Shown here: one piece after another, positions 49,730 to 58,835 of the stretch | Position numbering within the stretch: the first letter of the stretch is position 1 | Layout of the letters: the number at the start of each line of letters is the position of its first letter | Assembly: GCA_003599865.1 (NCBI GenBank) | Contig: QZKS01000012.1 | Coordinates: 5,875-69,874 of the forward strand | Direction: 5' to 3' | DNA from: Desulfobacteraceae bacterium | Lineage (GTDB): Bacteria > Desulfobacterota > Desulfobacteria > Desulfobacterales > SURF-7 | DNA: 64,000 nucleotides | Program-made: the position numbers and the translations under genes | The notes under the pieces: model-generated | What the model was told of the DNA's origin: nothing | The model's input: the letters and a program-made list of their open reading frames with translations, nothing else | Databases searched by the model: none

Positions 49730-51535
49730 ATGAGTAAAATTGAAAACCCGAATCGCAGGAATATTGCCATCATCGCCCATGTTGATCATGGGAAAACCAC
49801 CCTTGTCGACGCCATGTTCAAACAGAGCGGCCTTTTCCGGGCCAATCAGGATGTAAGTGAACGAATCATGGACAGCATGGATCTGGAGCGTGAAAGAGGC
49901 ATCACCATTGCCGCCAAAAACTGCTCCATTGTCTGGAAAAATGTCCGGATCAATATCATTGATACGCCCGGTCATGCCGACTTTGGCGGAGAGGTGGAAC
50001 GGGCGCTTTCCATGGCCGATGGTGCGATTCTCCTGGTGGATGCATCAGAGGGACCTCTGCCCCAGACAAGATTTGTCCTGAAAAAAACCCTGGAGGCCGG
50101 GCTCAAGGTCATTGTCGTCATCAATAAAATCGACCGGAAAGATGCCAGGGTTGCAGAGGTTCTGGATGAAATCTACGACCTGTTCATCGACCTTGCGGCA
50201 ACGGATCAGCAGCTTGATTTCACCTACCTGTATGCTGTCGGCCGCGACGGCATTGTCAAAAAACAGTTGTCCGACAATACCGACAACCTTCATACGCTCT
50301 TTGATACCATTATCAAGGAAATTCCCCCCCCGGCCTTTGACCCTGACGAACCGTTTCAGATGCTGGTTTCCGACCTTGGCTATTCCGATTATCTCGGCAG
50401 GCTGGCGATCGGAAAAATCATCAACGGTTCTGTAAAATCAAAAGAGAACCTGATCTGCATCAATAGCCAACAGGAACATATCCCGTTGCGGGTGACCAAA
50501 CTGCAGACCTATCAGGGAATGGCCTTTCAACCGGTTGAATCCGCAGAACCGGGAGATATCATTGTCCTTTCCGGAATTGAAGATGTCAAGATCGGGGATA
50601 CCATCTGTACCAGCAGCCAACCCAAAGCCTTGAAACGGATCAATGTGGACGAACCCACCATTTCCATGAAATTTACCATCAACGATGGTCCGTTCAGCGG
50701 AATGGAAGGCAAATATGTCCAATCCGCCAAAATCCGGGAACGGCTTTATAAGGAAACACTGATGAATGTGGCGATCCAGGTGGAAGATCTGGAACAACGG
50801 GACAGTTTTCTGGTCAAAGGAAGAGGTGAATTCCAGCTTGCCATCCTCATCGAAACCATGAGGCGGGAAGGGTTTGAGTTCTGCGTGGGACGTCCGGAAG
50901 TCATTTACAAATACAAAGACGGCCAGAAACTGGAGCCCATCGAACAGTTTTTTGTGGACTGTGGAGAAAGCTATCTGGGGATTGTTACCGAAAAGCTGTC
51001 CATCCGTAAAGGCAAGATGACCAACCTGGTGAACAATGGCACCGGCCGGGTCAGAATGGAGTTTTCCGTTCCATCCCGGTCCCTGATCGGATATCGGGAT
51101 GAATTCCTCACCGATACCAAGGGTACCGGCATCATGAATTCCAGTTTCGCAGGATATGATAGTTACAGGGGTGACTTCCCCACACGTTTCACCGGCTCCA
51201 TTGTCGCAGATAGAAAAGGGGATGCCGTCGCATATGCCCTGTTCAATTTAGAGCCCAGGGGTAACCTGTTTGTCACTCCCGGCACACCCTGTTATGAAGG
51301 AATGATTGTCGGAGAGCACAACCGGGAAACCGATATCAATGTCAATCATGCCAAAACAAAAAAGCTGACCAACATGCGCGCATCAGGCAAGGACGACGCC
51401 GTGATCCTGTCTCCGATCAAGCCCATGACCATTGAAAGGGCCCTGAACTTTATCCGGGATGACGAGGTTGTGGAAATCACACCCAAATCCATCCGGCTTC
51501 GGAAAACGATTCTCTCCGCGCAGAAAAGGAAATAA
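49730..51535 (+). CDS. typA: Translational GTPase TypA/BipA
   Basis: IRNIAIIAHVDHGKTTLVD, DTPGHADFGGEVER and NKIDR motifs; 601 aa. Confidence 0.95.
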   Translation: MSKIENPNRRNIAIIAHVDHGKTTLVDAMFKQSGLFRANQDVSERIMDSMDLERERGITIAAKNCSIVWKNVRINIIDTPGHADFGGEVERALSMADGAILLVDASEGPLPQTRFVLKKTLEAGLKVIVVINKIDRKDARVAEVLDEIYDLFIDLAATDQQLDFTYLYAVGRDGIVKKQLSDNTDNLHTLFDTIIKEIPPPAFDPDEPFQMLVSDLGYSDYLGRLAIGKIINGSVKSKENLICINSQQEHIPLRVTKLQTYQGMAFQPVESAEPGDIIVLSGIEDVKIGDTICTSSQPKALKRINVDEPTISMKFTINDGPFSGMEGKYVQSAKIRERLYKETLMNVAIQVEDLEQRDSFLVKGRGEFQLAILIETMRREGFEFCVGRPEVIYKYKDGQKLEPIEQFFVDCGESYLGIVTEKLSIRKGKMTNLVNNGTGRVRMEFSVPSRSLIGYRDEFLTDTKGTGIMNSSFAGYDSYRGDFPTRFTGSIVADRKGDAVAYALFNLEPRGNLFVTPGTPCYEGMIVGEHNRETDINVNHAKTKKLTNMRASGKDDAVILSPIKPMTIERALNFIRDDEVVEITPKSIRLRKTILSAQKRK

Positions 51536-51541
51536 AGGATT

Positions 51542-52456
51542 TTATCCCGGACTTTCTCCGGCCATCCATCGGAGAATCTTCCGGGCAAATTCCTTTCCGC
51601 AGTCTTCCTGCAGAAAATGGCCGCCGCCCTTGATGGTGGTATGGGGCTGACCGCTTGCGCCGGCCACCTTCTTTTGAAATACCTGCTCTCCTCCGCGGGT
51701 AATCGGATCGCCGTCACTGAACATGGTGATAAAGGGTTTGTCAAATAACCCCAGAACCTTCCATGCCTCCTGGTTTGCCGATGCCGAAGGGTCATCCGGA
51801 TCAATGGTGACAAGGGAGGGAAAGATACGCGCCGCCTCCTTATAGGAATCGTCCGGGAAAGGCGCGTTATAGGCTGCCATCACTTCTGCGGAAAGCGGCT
51901 TCCGGCATCCCATGGCAACAATGGTTCCGGCGTCAAAATCAGGTACTTCCACGGAGAATTTCCGCCATTCCAGAAACGCATCGGGAATCCGGGTCTCTCC
52001 GGTAGGCAACCCGGTGTTCGCGGCCACAACCCGTGCGAACCGGTCCGGGTCACCCGCAACCAGCCGCAGACCGATCAGACCGCCCCAGTCCTGGCAGACC
52101 AGGGTAATCCTCTCCAGTCCCATTTGATCCAGCCAGGCCTTCATCCAGTCCACATGCCGCTGATAGGTATACTCTTTTCGATCCGTGAGCTTGTCCGAAC
52201 GCCCGAATCCGATCAGGTCCGGTGCAACGGCCCGATACCCGGCATCGACAAAAACAGGAATCATTTTCCGGTACAGATAGGACCAGCTTGGTTCACCATG
52301 CATCATCAGCACGGGTTCTCCGTCCTTCGGGCCCTCATCCACATAATGGATACGCAGTTTTCCGACTTCCCCGTCCGGTATGATCCTGTAATTCGGCTGA
52401 AAAGGGTAATCCGGGAGATTCCGGAAACGCTCATCCGGCGTTCTGATCATTTTCAT
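51542..52456 (-). CDS. Haloalkane dehalogenase-family alpha/beta hydrolase
   Basis: RTPDERFRNLPDYPFQPNY...IHYVDEGP...MHGEPSWSYLYRKMIP and the nucleophile elbow VCQDWGG are typical of HLD-I enzymes. Confidence 0.8.
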   Translation of the reverse strand: MKMIRTPDERFRNLPDYPFQPNYRIIPDGEVGKLRIHYVDEGPKDGEPVLMMHGEPSWSYLYRKMIPVFVDAGYRAVAPDLIGFGRSDKLTDRKEYTYQRHVDWMKAWLDQMGLERITLVCQDWGGLIGLRLVAGDPDRFARVVAANTGLPTGETRIPDAFLEWRKFSVEVPDFDAGTIVAMGCRKPLSAEVMAAYNAPFPDDSYKEAARIFPSLVTIDPDDPSASANQEAWKVLGLFDKPFITMFSDGDPITRGGEQVFQKKVAGASGQPHTTIKGGGHFLQEDCGKEFARKILRWMAGESPG

Positions 52457-52511
52457 GGGACACCTTTCTGAAATATCTGATTTGATTGTAAACGGATCTG
52501 TTTATGAATTA

Positions 52512-52904
52512 TCAAAACTTCCGATTCTGACGGAATTGAAAATAATCCTTATCCTGGTAGAGGATATGTTCGGTCAGCCAGTCATACACGAATTTTTTAA
52601 AAACCCATATGGCTTCCCTGCTGTCAAACGGCTGATTGCTCACATCATTCAGCCTTGTGATGAGCTCATTATGCAGCCGGATGTGATCCTTGCGTTTCGG
52701 ATAGCCGGTTTCCTGCATCATTTTTTCTTCTTCCTTAAAATGCTCGCGGGTATATCGGTAGAGTTCCATGACAATCTTCCGGACCTGCTTTTCCGTAAGA
52801 TCTTCTTTCAGGGCATTTGCACGCTCAAACATCCCCTGATGCTGACTGTCCAGAAGCGCATGGCCGACGGAATAGGATTTGTCCCAGACAAACTGGATGG
52901 GCAT
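52512..52904 (-). CDS. Hemerythrin-like metal-binding protein (bacteriohemerythrin)
   Basis: WDKSYSVGHALLDSQHQGMF, HFKEEEKMM, HIRLHNELI and DWLTEHILYQDKDY contain the His/Glu/Asp diiron ligand pattern. Confidence 0.85.
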   Translation of the reverse strand: MPIQFVWDKSYSVGHALLDSQHQGMFERANALKEDLTEKQVRKIVMELYRYTREHFKEEEKMMQETGYPKRKDHIRLHNELITRLNDVSNQPFDSREAIWVFKKFVYDWLTEHILYQDKDYFQFRQNRKF

Positions 52905-53111
52905 ATGAATTCTCCTTTTGTAAACACCAAAACCGGAAATGGAAGATATTGTAATGCGGACTTCCCGTCACAACTTCGGTTTGGGGAACCCGTAAAACCA
53001 GGAAGAGTTAAATCAATACCATAAATTCAGACATGATGCGATAAAAATCTGCTCGGCAATATAATGATTTTACGTTGAAGATGATATGCGCTGTTCATGA
53101 AAGGGTATGAT

Positions 53112-53156
53112 CGAGGCCTCCATATCTCATTTCCGGGATATAGAAAGGAGGCCTCG
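53112..53156. repeat. Inverted repeat CGAGGCCTCC...GGAGGCCTCG followed by an A-run, just 3' of the NHL gene
   Basis: 10-bp arms at 53112-53121 and 53147-53156 with an inner ATATC/GATAT pairing, then AAAAA at 53157-53161. On the minus-strand transcript the U-run precedes the hairpin. Confidence 0.85.
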
Positions 53157-53166
53157 AAAAACTTCA

Positions 53167-54672
53167 CTATTTGAACTTCTGAACCCTGTTGTTGCCGGAA
53201 TCCAGTATGAATACGCCGTTTGTGCCGATTGCTATCCTGGTCGGCTCCATGAATTCACCGTTTCCGGAACCGGTTGTTCCCCACTCATACAAGTACTCAC
53301 CATCCGTATTGAAAACCTGGATTCGGTTGTTCTCATTGCCATCGGTTGCAAACAGCAGGTTGCTTCCGCCGATATGGACATCATGACTGCCCCGGGAAAA
53401 CTCACCCATATCATTTCCGCCGGAAACCGTTCCGATCTCCATCAGAAAATTCCCGTCCGGGTCGTATTTCCGGATTCCATCAGTAGTGGTCACATAGACG
53501 CCTCCCTGGCTGTCCACATCCAGACCGGTAATAATGGCATTCCCCCCGGGGATAATTTCACCGATAAACACCCAGTCGGTAGTGAATTTGAATATTTTGG
53601 AACCAAACACAATCCCGCCGTCAAACCAGATATTGAAGCTTGACACATAGACGACTCCTGAATCATCCACGGCAACATCCTGCACGGAACTGAGCGACTC
53701 ATACCCATTTCCGTATCGCGGCAGCTCCGATATCAGAACACCGTCGGCATTGTATTTTTTGATACTGCTGGTGCCGGAATCCGCAATATAAATAAAATTG
53801 TCCGGATCAACGGCAATCCCCTGCGGATTACTGAAATCAAACCATTCCGCCTGAAGATTTCCATTTTCATCATATTTTTTAACACTGTTGTCGGAAGGAG
53901 AGGAAACATATACGTGATTTCCGGCATCAACGGCAAGGCCTTTGGCACCATTGCCGAAACCGCCCCATTCCAGCTGATAGGCGGGAATGCCGGAAGAAGG
54001 TTCTTCCGTTTCCGGCTTTGAGGACGCATACAGCTCAAAAAGGTCCCATTTCTGGTTGGAAGCGGTTACATGGCTGAATTGCAAACCCGGCTTCCATTCC
54101 ACAACATGATCAAATTCACAATTGTTATCCGTATCGAGCGAAACCACACCGGTACTGCTGTTGTATTCTATGGTCAGGGTATGCCTCCCTCCGGCAAAAT
54201 GCAGAGGGATGGTACCGCCTTCGATTTCAGGCCAGGCGGTTGCTGCAAACAGCTTGCTGGTAATGTATCTTTTCCGTTTTTGTATTTTGACTTTTTGATA
54301 GGAAAAAACGAGTTCTTCACCGGTAGTAAATTGAATCGTAAACTCCGGAGATCGCCATTTCCATGCCCGGAAACGAAGATTAATCCGGAAATCCGCCAGA
54401 TTCCGATCAAGATAGTCTATAGAAGTTATGGTATTATGCCCGAATTGAATCCACCCCTTTCCTTTTATCCGGACCGGCCGTTTTTCCGTGAACCAGTATT
54501 CTCGATTGAAACTGGAAAAATCATCACTGTATATGAGTGGCAATTGTGTGTTGCAACCGACTTCAGGAACGACATCTTTGGGTCCACAGGATCCTGAATT
54601 CCCGGAATACACGGATTTGGCTGATACCATAACCAAAATTGCCGCGATAAAAAAGTTTACAATACCTTTCAT
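53167..54672 (-). CDS. Secreted NHL-repeat beta-propeller protein with N-terminal jelly-roll-like domain
   Basis: Signal peptide MKGIVNFFIAAILVMVSAKSVYSG. The C-terminal half has repeated NHL-type units (GIAVD..N.IYIADSG...I.KY, GEFMEPTRIAIGTNGVFILDSGNNRVQKF). Confidence 0.75.
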   Translation of the reverse strand: MKGIVNFFIAAILVMVSAKSVYSGNSGSCGPKDVVPEVGCNTQLPLIYSDDFSSFNREYWFTEKRPVRIKGKGWIQFGHNTITSIDYLDRNLADFRINLRFRAWKWRSPEFTIQFTTGEELVFSYQKVKIQKRKRYITSKLFAATAWPEIEGGTIPLHFAGGRHTLTIEYNSSTGVVSLDTDNNCEFDHVVEWKPGLQFSHVTASNQKWDLFELYASSKPETEEPSSGIPAYQLEWGGFGNGAKGLAVDAGNHVYVSSPSDNSVKKYDENGNLQAEWFDFSNPQGIAVDPDNFIYIADSGTSSIKKYNADGVLISELPRYGNGYESLSSVQDVAVDDSGVVYVSSFNIWFDGGIVFGSKIFKFTTDWVFIGEIIPGGNAIITGLDVDSQGGVYVTTTDGIRKYDPDGNFLMEIGTVSGGNDMGEFSRGSHDVHIGGSNLLFATDGNENNRIQVFNTDGEYLYEWGTTGSGNGEFMEPTRIAIGTNGVFILDSGNNRVQKFK

Positions 54673-54886
54673 AAAGATACCCTCCTTTTTGGGTTGACAC
54701 TTGCACTTCTCTGATCGCGGTCAAAAAAAGGAGCAAAAAACATTCCAGGGCAGCCATATTGATCTTATTCTTGTTTTATTGCAGATTGTTAGATAGAAAA
54801 GAAGGAGTCATTGAAAACAGCAGAAGTAATCCTTTTGTATAAACAGGTGTGTCTTTTTTCATTCACATCCTGTTCTGATAAGAATG

Positions 54887-54936
54887 CGAAGCCTCATCAA
54901 CCGGATGATACGGAAGATGAGGCTTCGAAAAAAAAA
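54887..54936. repeat. Inverted repeat CGAAGCCTCATC...GATGAGGCTTCG followed by A9, just 3' of the acyl-CoA synthetase gene
   Basis: 12-bp perfect arms at 54887-54898 and 54916-54927, then nine A at 54928-54936. It has the same core (CGARGCCTC / GAGGCYTCG + A-run) and the same position relative to a minus-strand stop codon as the 53112 repeat. Confidence 0.85.
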
Positions 54937-54964
54937 CACCATGGTACGATAAGGAGGCGGCCCG

Positions 54965-56794
54965 CTAAAACCGATACTTCCCGGCGACAATATCCTGATA
55001 CAACGACTTGTTCAGGGGGATGTATTCCTTTTTTCCCGGGAGCATGGCAAAAAGAGGTTCGGGAATCACACCGGGATCAAAGCCTTCATTATGCAGCACC
55101 ACCTTCTTGACTTTAAAGGTCGGCGTTGTCTCGATCTCTTTTTTAAACCGTATAAATTTGGGAATGGCATAAGGAGGAAGAACCCTGTGCAGGGTTTCCG
55201 CCAGTTCCTTGAGATCAAACGAGTCTTCAGGGACGGAAGGAATGATGGCTGCCATTCCGGCCCGGCCGTCCGTACCCGGAATCCGCACTCCATAGACGGC
55301 AGCCTGCTCGACATGTTCCATGGTATTGATGGTCTCCTCCACTTCCGTTGTGGAAACATTCTCTCCTTTCCATCGAAAGGTATCTCCCAGTCGATCACTG
55401 AACTGGATATGCCGGTATCCCAGGTCCCGAACAAAATCCCCGGTATTCAGCCAGATATCTCCTTGTTTGAATACATCCCTCCAGATTTTCTGCTCCGATG
55501 CCTTGGGGTCCGTATACCCGTGAAAAGGAGTCTTGTCCGATATCTCCCCCAGCAGGATGCCGGACTCCCCTTTCTTGACCCGCGGCATATAACCGTTTGC
55601 ATCCAATATCGGTTTTTCATTTTCAATATCATAGCGAACAATGGCAAAAGGCGTCAGACACATGCCGACGGTATTGTCGATATTAAACAGATTGACAAAT
55701 GCAAAACCAAATTCGGTGGCACCATAGAGTTCGGAAATCTGCCGGATGGCAAAACGGGATTTGAATTCGCTCCAGATATCCGGGCGGAGCCCGTTACCGA
55801 TGCATTTTTTCATGGGATTGCGGCCATCAGACAGGCTTTCCGGCTGGTTCAGCAGATACCGGCACAACTCCCCGATATACACAAACGCCGTGGCATTGAA
55901 TTTCTCAGCATCTTTCCAGAACTCGCCGGCAGAAAATTTTCTGCGGATGGCAAACGCCGAACCCATGGAGGACGCAACCGTCCAGCCGACGCAAAAACCA
56001 GTGGTATGAAAAAGAGGAAGCGGGCAGTACAGCACATCATCGGTCTTCATGTTCATCAATAGTCTTCCGAGACCGAACATGGCCGAAACCCAGCGCCGGT
56101 TTCCCATGATCGCGGCTTTGGGCATTCCGGTTGTTCCGGAGGTGAAGATATAGCAAATGGGATCTTTGGCCTGTATGGTTCCTGTGGTTTTGGGATTGTC
56201 GGCCGGCATGCGGGCGGCAGCAAGAGGCAGGTCAATGTATCCTTTTGGCGCAGGGTTTTTGCCGCCATCCGGAACGAAATAAAAGGTTTCCTCACCGCTC
56301 AATTTCAGATCCGGCCGGACGGTTTCAAAGGCATCGACGAGTTCTTCGCCGATGATAAACCGCAATCCCTTTGTCAGGCTGATGCTGTGCAGCAGGACCT
56401 GATTCCGCTGATTGGTATTGATCAAGGAGGCGATGGCGCCGATTTTGGCAAGGGCTCCTGCCACCATTAAAAATTCAGGCCGGTTTTCCAGCATCACCAC
56501 TACCGGTTCGCCTTTTTTCACGCCCTCCGACAACAGATAATGGCAATAACGGTTGACAGCCTCGTTGTATTCCCGGTGTGTGAGGCGTTCATTTTCACAG
56601 AGAATGGCCGGCCTGTCCGGATACAGTCGCGCGTTTTCCTCGATCTTCCATCCCAGGGATAAATAATCATCGTCCTTGACATGGAGTGCTGATTTTATCG
56701 CGTTGACCACTGACGGCAACCGTACCAGTTTGGAAACAATCCCCGGAACCAGACTGCCGAACGTAACAAGATCCTTATGATTCAATGCTGCCAT
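54965..56794 (-). CDS. Long/very-long-chain acyl-CoA synthetase, FATP (SLC27)-like
   Basis: AMP-binding motif YIFTSGTTGMPKAA and later GDTFRWKGENVSTTEVE, which is characteristic of fatty-acid-transport-protein-type synthetases; 609 aa. Confidence 0.85.
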   Translation of the reverse strand: MAALNHKDLVTFGSLVPGIVSKLVRLPSVVNAIKSALHVKDDDYLSLGWKIEENARLYPDRPAILCENERLTHREYNEAVNRYCHYLLSEGVKKGEPVVVMLENRPEFLMVAGALAKIGAIASLINTNQRNQVLLHSISLTKGLRFIIGEELVDAFETVRPDLKLSGEETFYFVPDGGKNPAPKGYIDLPLAAARMPADNPKTTGTIQAKDPICYIFTSGTTGMPKAAIMGNRRWVSAMFGLGRLLMNMKTDDVLYCPLPLFHTTGFCVGWTVASSMGSAFAIRRKFSAGEFWKDAEKFNATAFVYIGELCRYLLNQPESLSDGRNPMKKCIGNGLRPDIWSEFKSRFAIRQISELYGATEFGFAFVNLFNIDNTVGMCLTPFAIVRYDIENEKPILDANGYMPRVKKGESGILLGEISDKTPFHGYTDPKASEQKIWRDVFKQGDIWLNTGDFVRDLGYRHIQFSDRLGDTFRWKGENVSTTEVEETINTMEHVEQAAVYGVRIPGTDGRAGMAAIIPSVPEDSFDLKELAETLHRVLPPYAIPKFIRFKKEIETTPTFKVKKVVLHNEGFDPGVIPEPLFAMLPGKKEYIPLNKSLYQDIVAGKYRF

Positions 56795-56810
56795 TCATCC
56801 TCCCCTTCTG

Positions 56811-57992
56811 TTAGATAATCAGTTTGGAAATCACTTCTCTCATGATCTCCGATGTTCCTCCGCCAATGGACAAAATCCGGTTATCCCGGTACAGTCTCTC
56901 CACTACATATTCCCTCGTAAATCCGTACCCGCCGAAAAGCTGAACCGCATCAAAGGTCACCTTGTCGCTCACGTTGGTAGCAAAATTCTTGGCCATGGAT
57001 ACTTCCTTGACCTGATCCACACCGGCATTCATCTTTGCCGCTACCCGGTAGGTGAACTCCGTGCTTGCTTCAACCAGGGTCGCCATTTCGGCAAGCTTGT
57101 GCCTTGTTACCTGGAATCCCGTGAGTTTTTTCCCAAACGCCTCTCTCTGCTTTGCATACTTCAAGGCTTCTTCAAAGGCAATACGGGCGGTCATATTGGC
57201 CATGATGCAGATCGCCAGCCGTTCGCTCTGGAAATTCTCCATGATCATATAAAAGCCCTGGTTTTCCTGCCCGATCAGATTTTTTTTGGGAACCCGGCAA
57301 TTGTCGAAAAAAATTTCCGCCGTATCCGAACACCACCATCCGGTTTTATGGAGCTTTTTACCAACGGCATATCCGGGCGTATTGGACTCAATCACCAGAA
57401 AACTGATGCCGCCATATCCTTCCCCGCCGGTGCGGACCGCCGCAGTCAACTGATCTGCTCTTACGCCGCTGGTGATAAAGGTTTTGCTGCCGTTTACGAT
57501 AAAATCATCTCCATCCCGAACCGCGGTTGTTTTGATATTGGCCACATCGGAACCGCCGCCCGGTTCGGTAATGCCCAGCGCCGCTATCCGTTCACCTGCC
57601 AGAACCGGCTTGACAAACCGGTCATGCTGCTCCGGTGTCCCATGCCGCACAAGAGGAGGGAGGGCAATATCCAGAGAACCGATCCCGGCAACCAGTCCGG
57701 CAGATCCGGACCGCATCATTTCTTCGGTATAGGCAATCTTCAAAAAAAGATCTCCGGGCGTCCCGCCAAGCGCTTCCGGATATCCGATTCCGAGAAATCC
57801 CAGGTCGGCCATCTTGCGGTAAAGCCCTCTTGGAAACTCTTCCGCCTCCTCCCACTCATTGATATTGGGAAGGATTTCCTTTTTCACAAACTCCCGAACC
57901 GCCTTCCGGAGCAACTGATGCTCTTTTCCGAAATACTCCTGTAACGAACCGCTATCTGCTTTTGCTATGCTCACAAGTTTTCCTCCAATCAT
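56811..57992 (-). CDS. Acyl-CoA dehydrogenase
   Basis: ALGITEPGGGSDV, FITSG and QLFGGYGFTREYVVERLYRDNRILSIGGGTSEI are ACAD signatures. Confidence 0.9.
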   Translation of the reverse strand: MIGGKLVSIAKADSGSLQEYFGKEHQLLRKAVREFVKKEILPNINEWEEAEEFPRGLYRKMADLGFLGIGYPEALGGTPGDLFLKIAYTEEMMRSGSAGLVAGIGSLDIALPPLVRHGTPEQHDRFVKPVLAGERIAALGITEPGGGSDVANIKTTAVRDGDDFIVNGSKTFITSGVRADQLTAAVRTGGEGYGGISFLVIESNTPGYAVGKKLHKTGWWCSDTAEIFFDNCRVPKKNLIGQENQGFYMIMENFQSERLAICIMANMTARIAFEEALKYAKQREAFGKKLTGFQVTRHKLAEMATLVEASTEFTYRVAAKMNAGVDQVKEVSMAKNFATNVSDKVTFDAVQLFGGYGFTREYVVERLYRDNRILSIGGGTSEIMREVISKLII

Positions 57993-58028
57993 TCATTCCG
58001 TAAACAAAATGCAAACTCTTTACCGTCA

Positions 58029-58796
58029 TTATTTTTTCTTCAGCCATTGTTTAAACTTGAATGTCTCAAATATGATGATGATCTTGAAAAGGAAGGGCAG
58101 ATATCCGTTGATGATGTTCAAGCTAAGGAACAGCTTGGACGGGAATATGGAATTTTTGCCTTTGATCAGACCCTTTACAATTGTTCCTGCAACTTTATCC
58201 GGAGTCTGGGAAGGCCAGGGTATCGGTGTTTTTTCACCGGCCTGCTCAAAAAATTTGGTCCGGGTGGCAATGGGGTAGATCATCTGAATTTTCTGCCCCC
58301 TTGAAAGCTCACAGCGATACCCGGTTGCAAATCCGTGAAGTGCCGCCTTGGTGGATGCATACAGGGTATATCCCGGATAAGAAAGAAAACTCATGGCACT
58401 TGCCGTAATGGCCACCTGAAACGGCTTTTTTCCGTGGAGTGCTTTCATTTTTTCAGCGACATAAATCGCTGAAAAAACATTGGTCTGATATATTTTCTCG
58501 ATCTCTTTCCAATTGGGCCCGGCAATCTCTCCATAGTAGGCAAACCCGGCATTGCAGACAAAAAGATCTATCGTATTCCATTTCTCCAGTGCAAACTTGA
58601 ACAAGGCATCAATGTTTTCCGGCTTGGAAATATCGCATGGATATTTGGTCACATGATCATGATGGAAATCGATTTTTTCTATTGATCTGGCAACCGCGAT
58701 AATGTTGCAGTTGTGCAGTAACAGTTCTTTGACAAGGTCCAGGCCGATGCCTGATGATGCGCCGGTAACAATAATGTTTTTCTGGTTCAGATCCAT
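58029..58796 (-). CDS. SDR oxidoreductase with hydrophobic C-terminal tail
   Basis: VTGASSGIG, NAG and YASTKAA catalytic motifs. The C-terminus LFLSLNIINGYLPFLFKIIIIFETF looks like a membrane anchor. Confidence 0.85.
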   Translation of the reverse strand: MDLNQKNIIVTGASSGIGLDLVKELLLHNCNIIAVARSIEKIDFHHDHVTKYPCDISKPENIDALFKFALEKWNTIDLFVCNAGFAYYGEIAGPNWKEIEKIYQTNVFSAIYVAEKMKALHGKKPFQVAITASAMSFLSYPGYTLYASTKAALHGFATGYRCELSRGQKIQMIYPIATRTKFFEQAGEKTPIPWPSQTPDKVAGTIVKGLIKGKNSIFPSKLFLSLNIINGYLPFLFKIIIIFETFKFKQWLKKK

Positions 58797-58835
58797 GCTT
58801 TGCTCCCTTCCTCTTTTATCGCTTGATTGTTGCGT

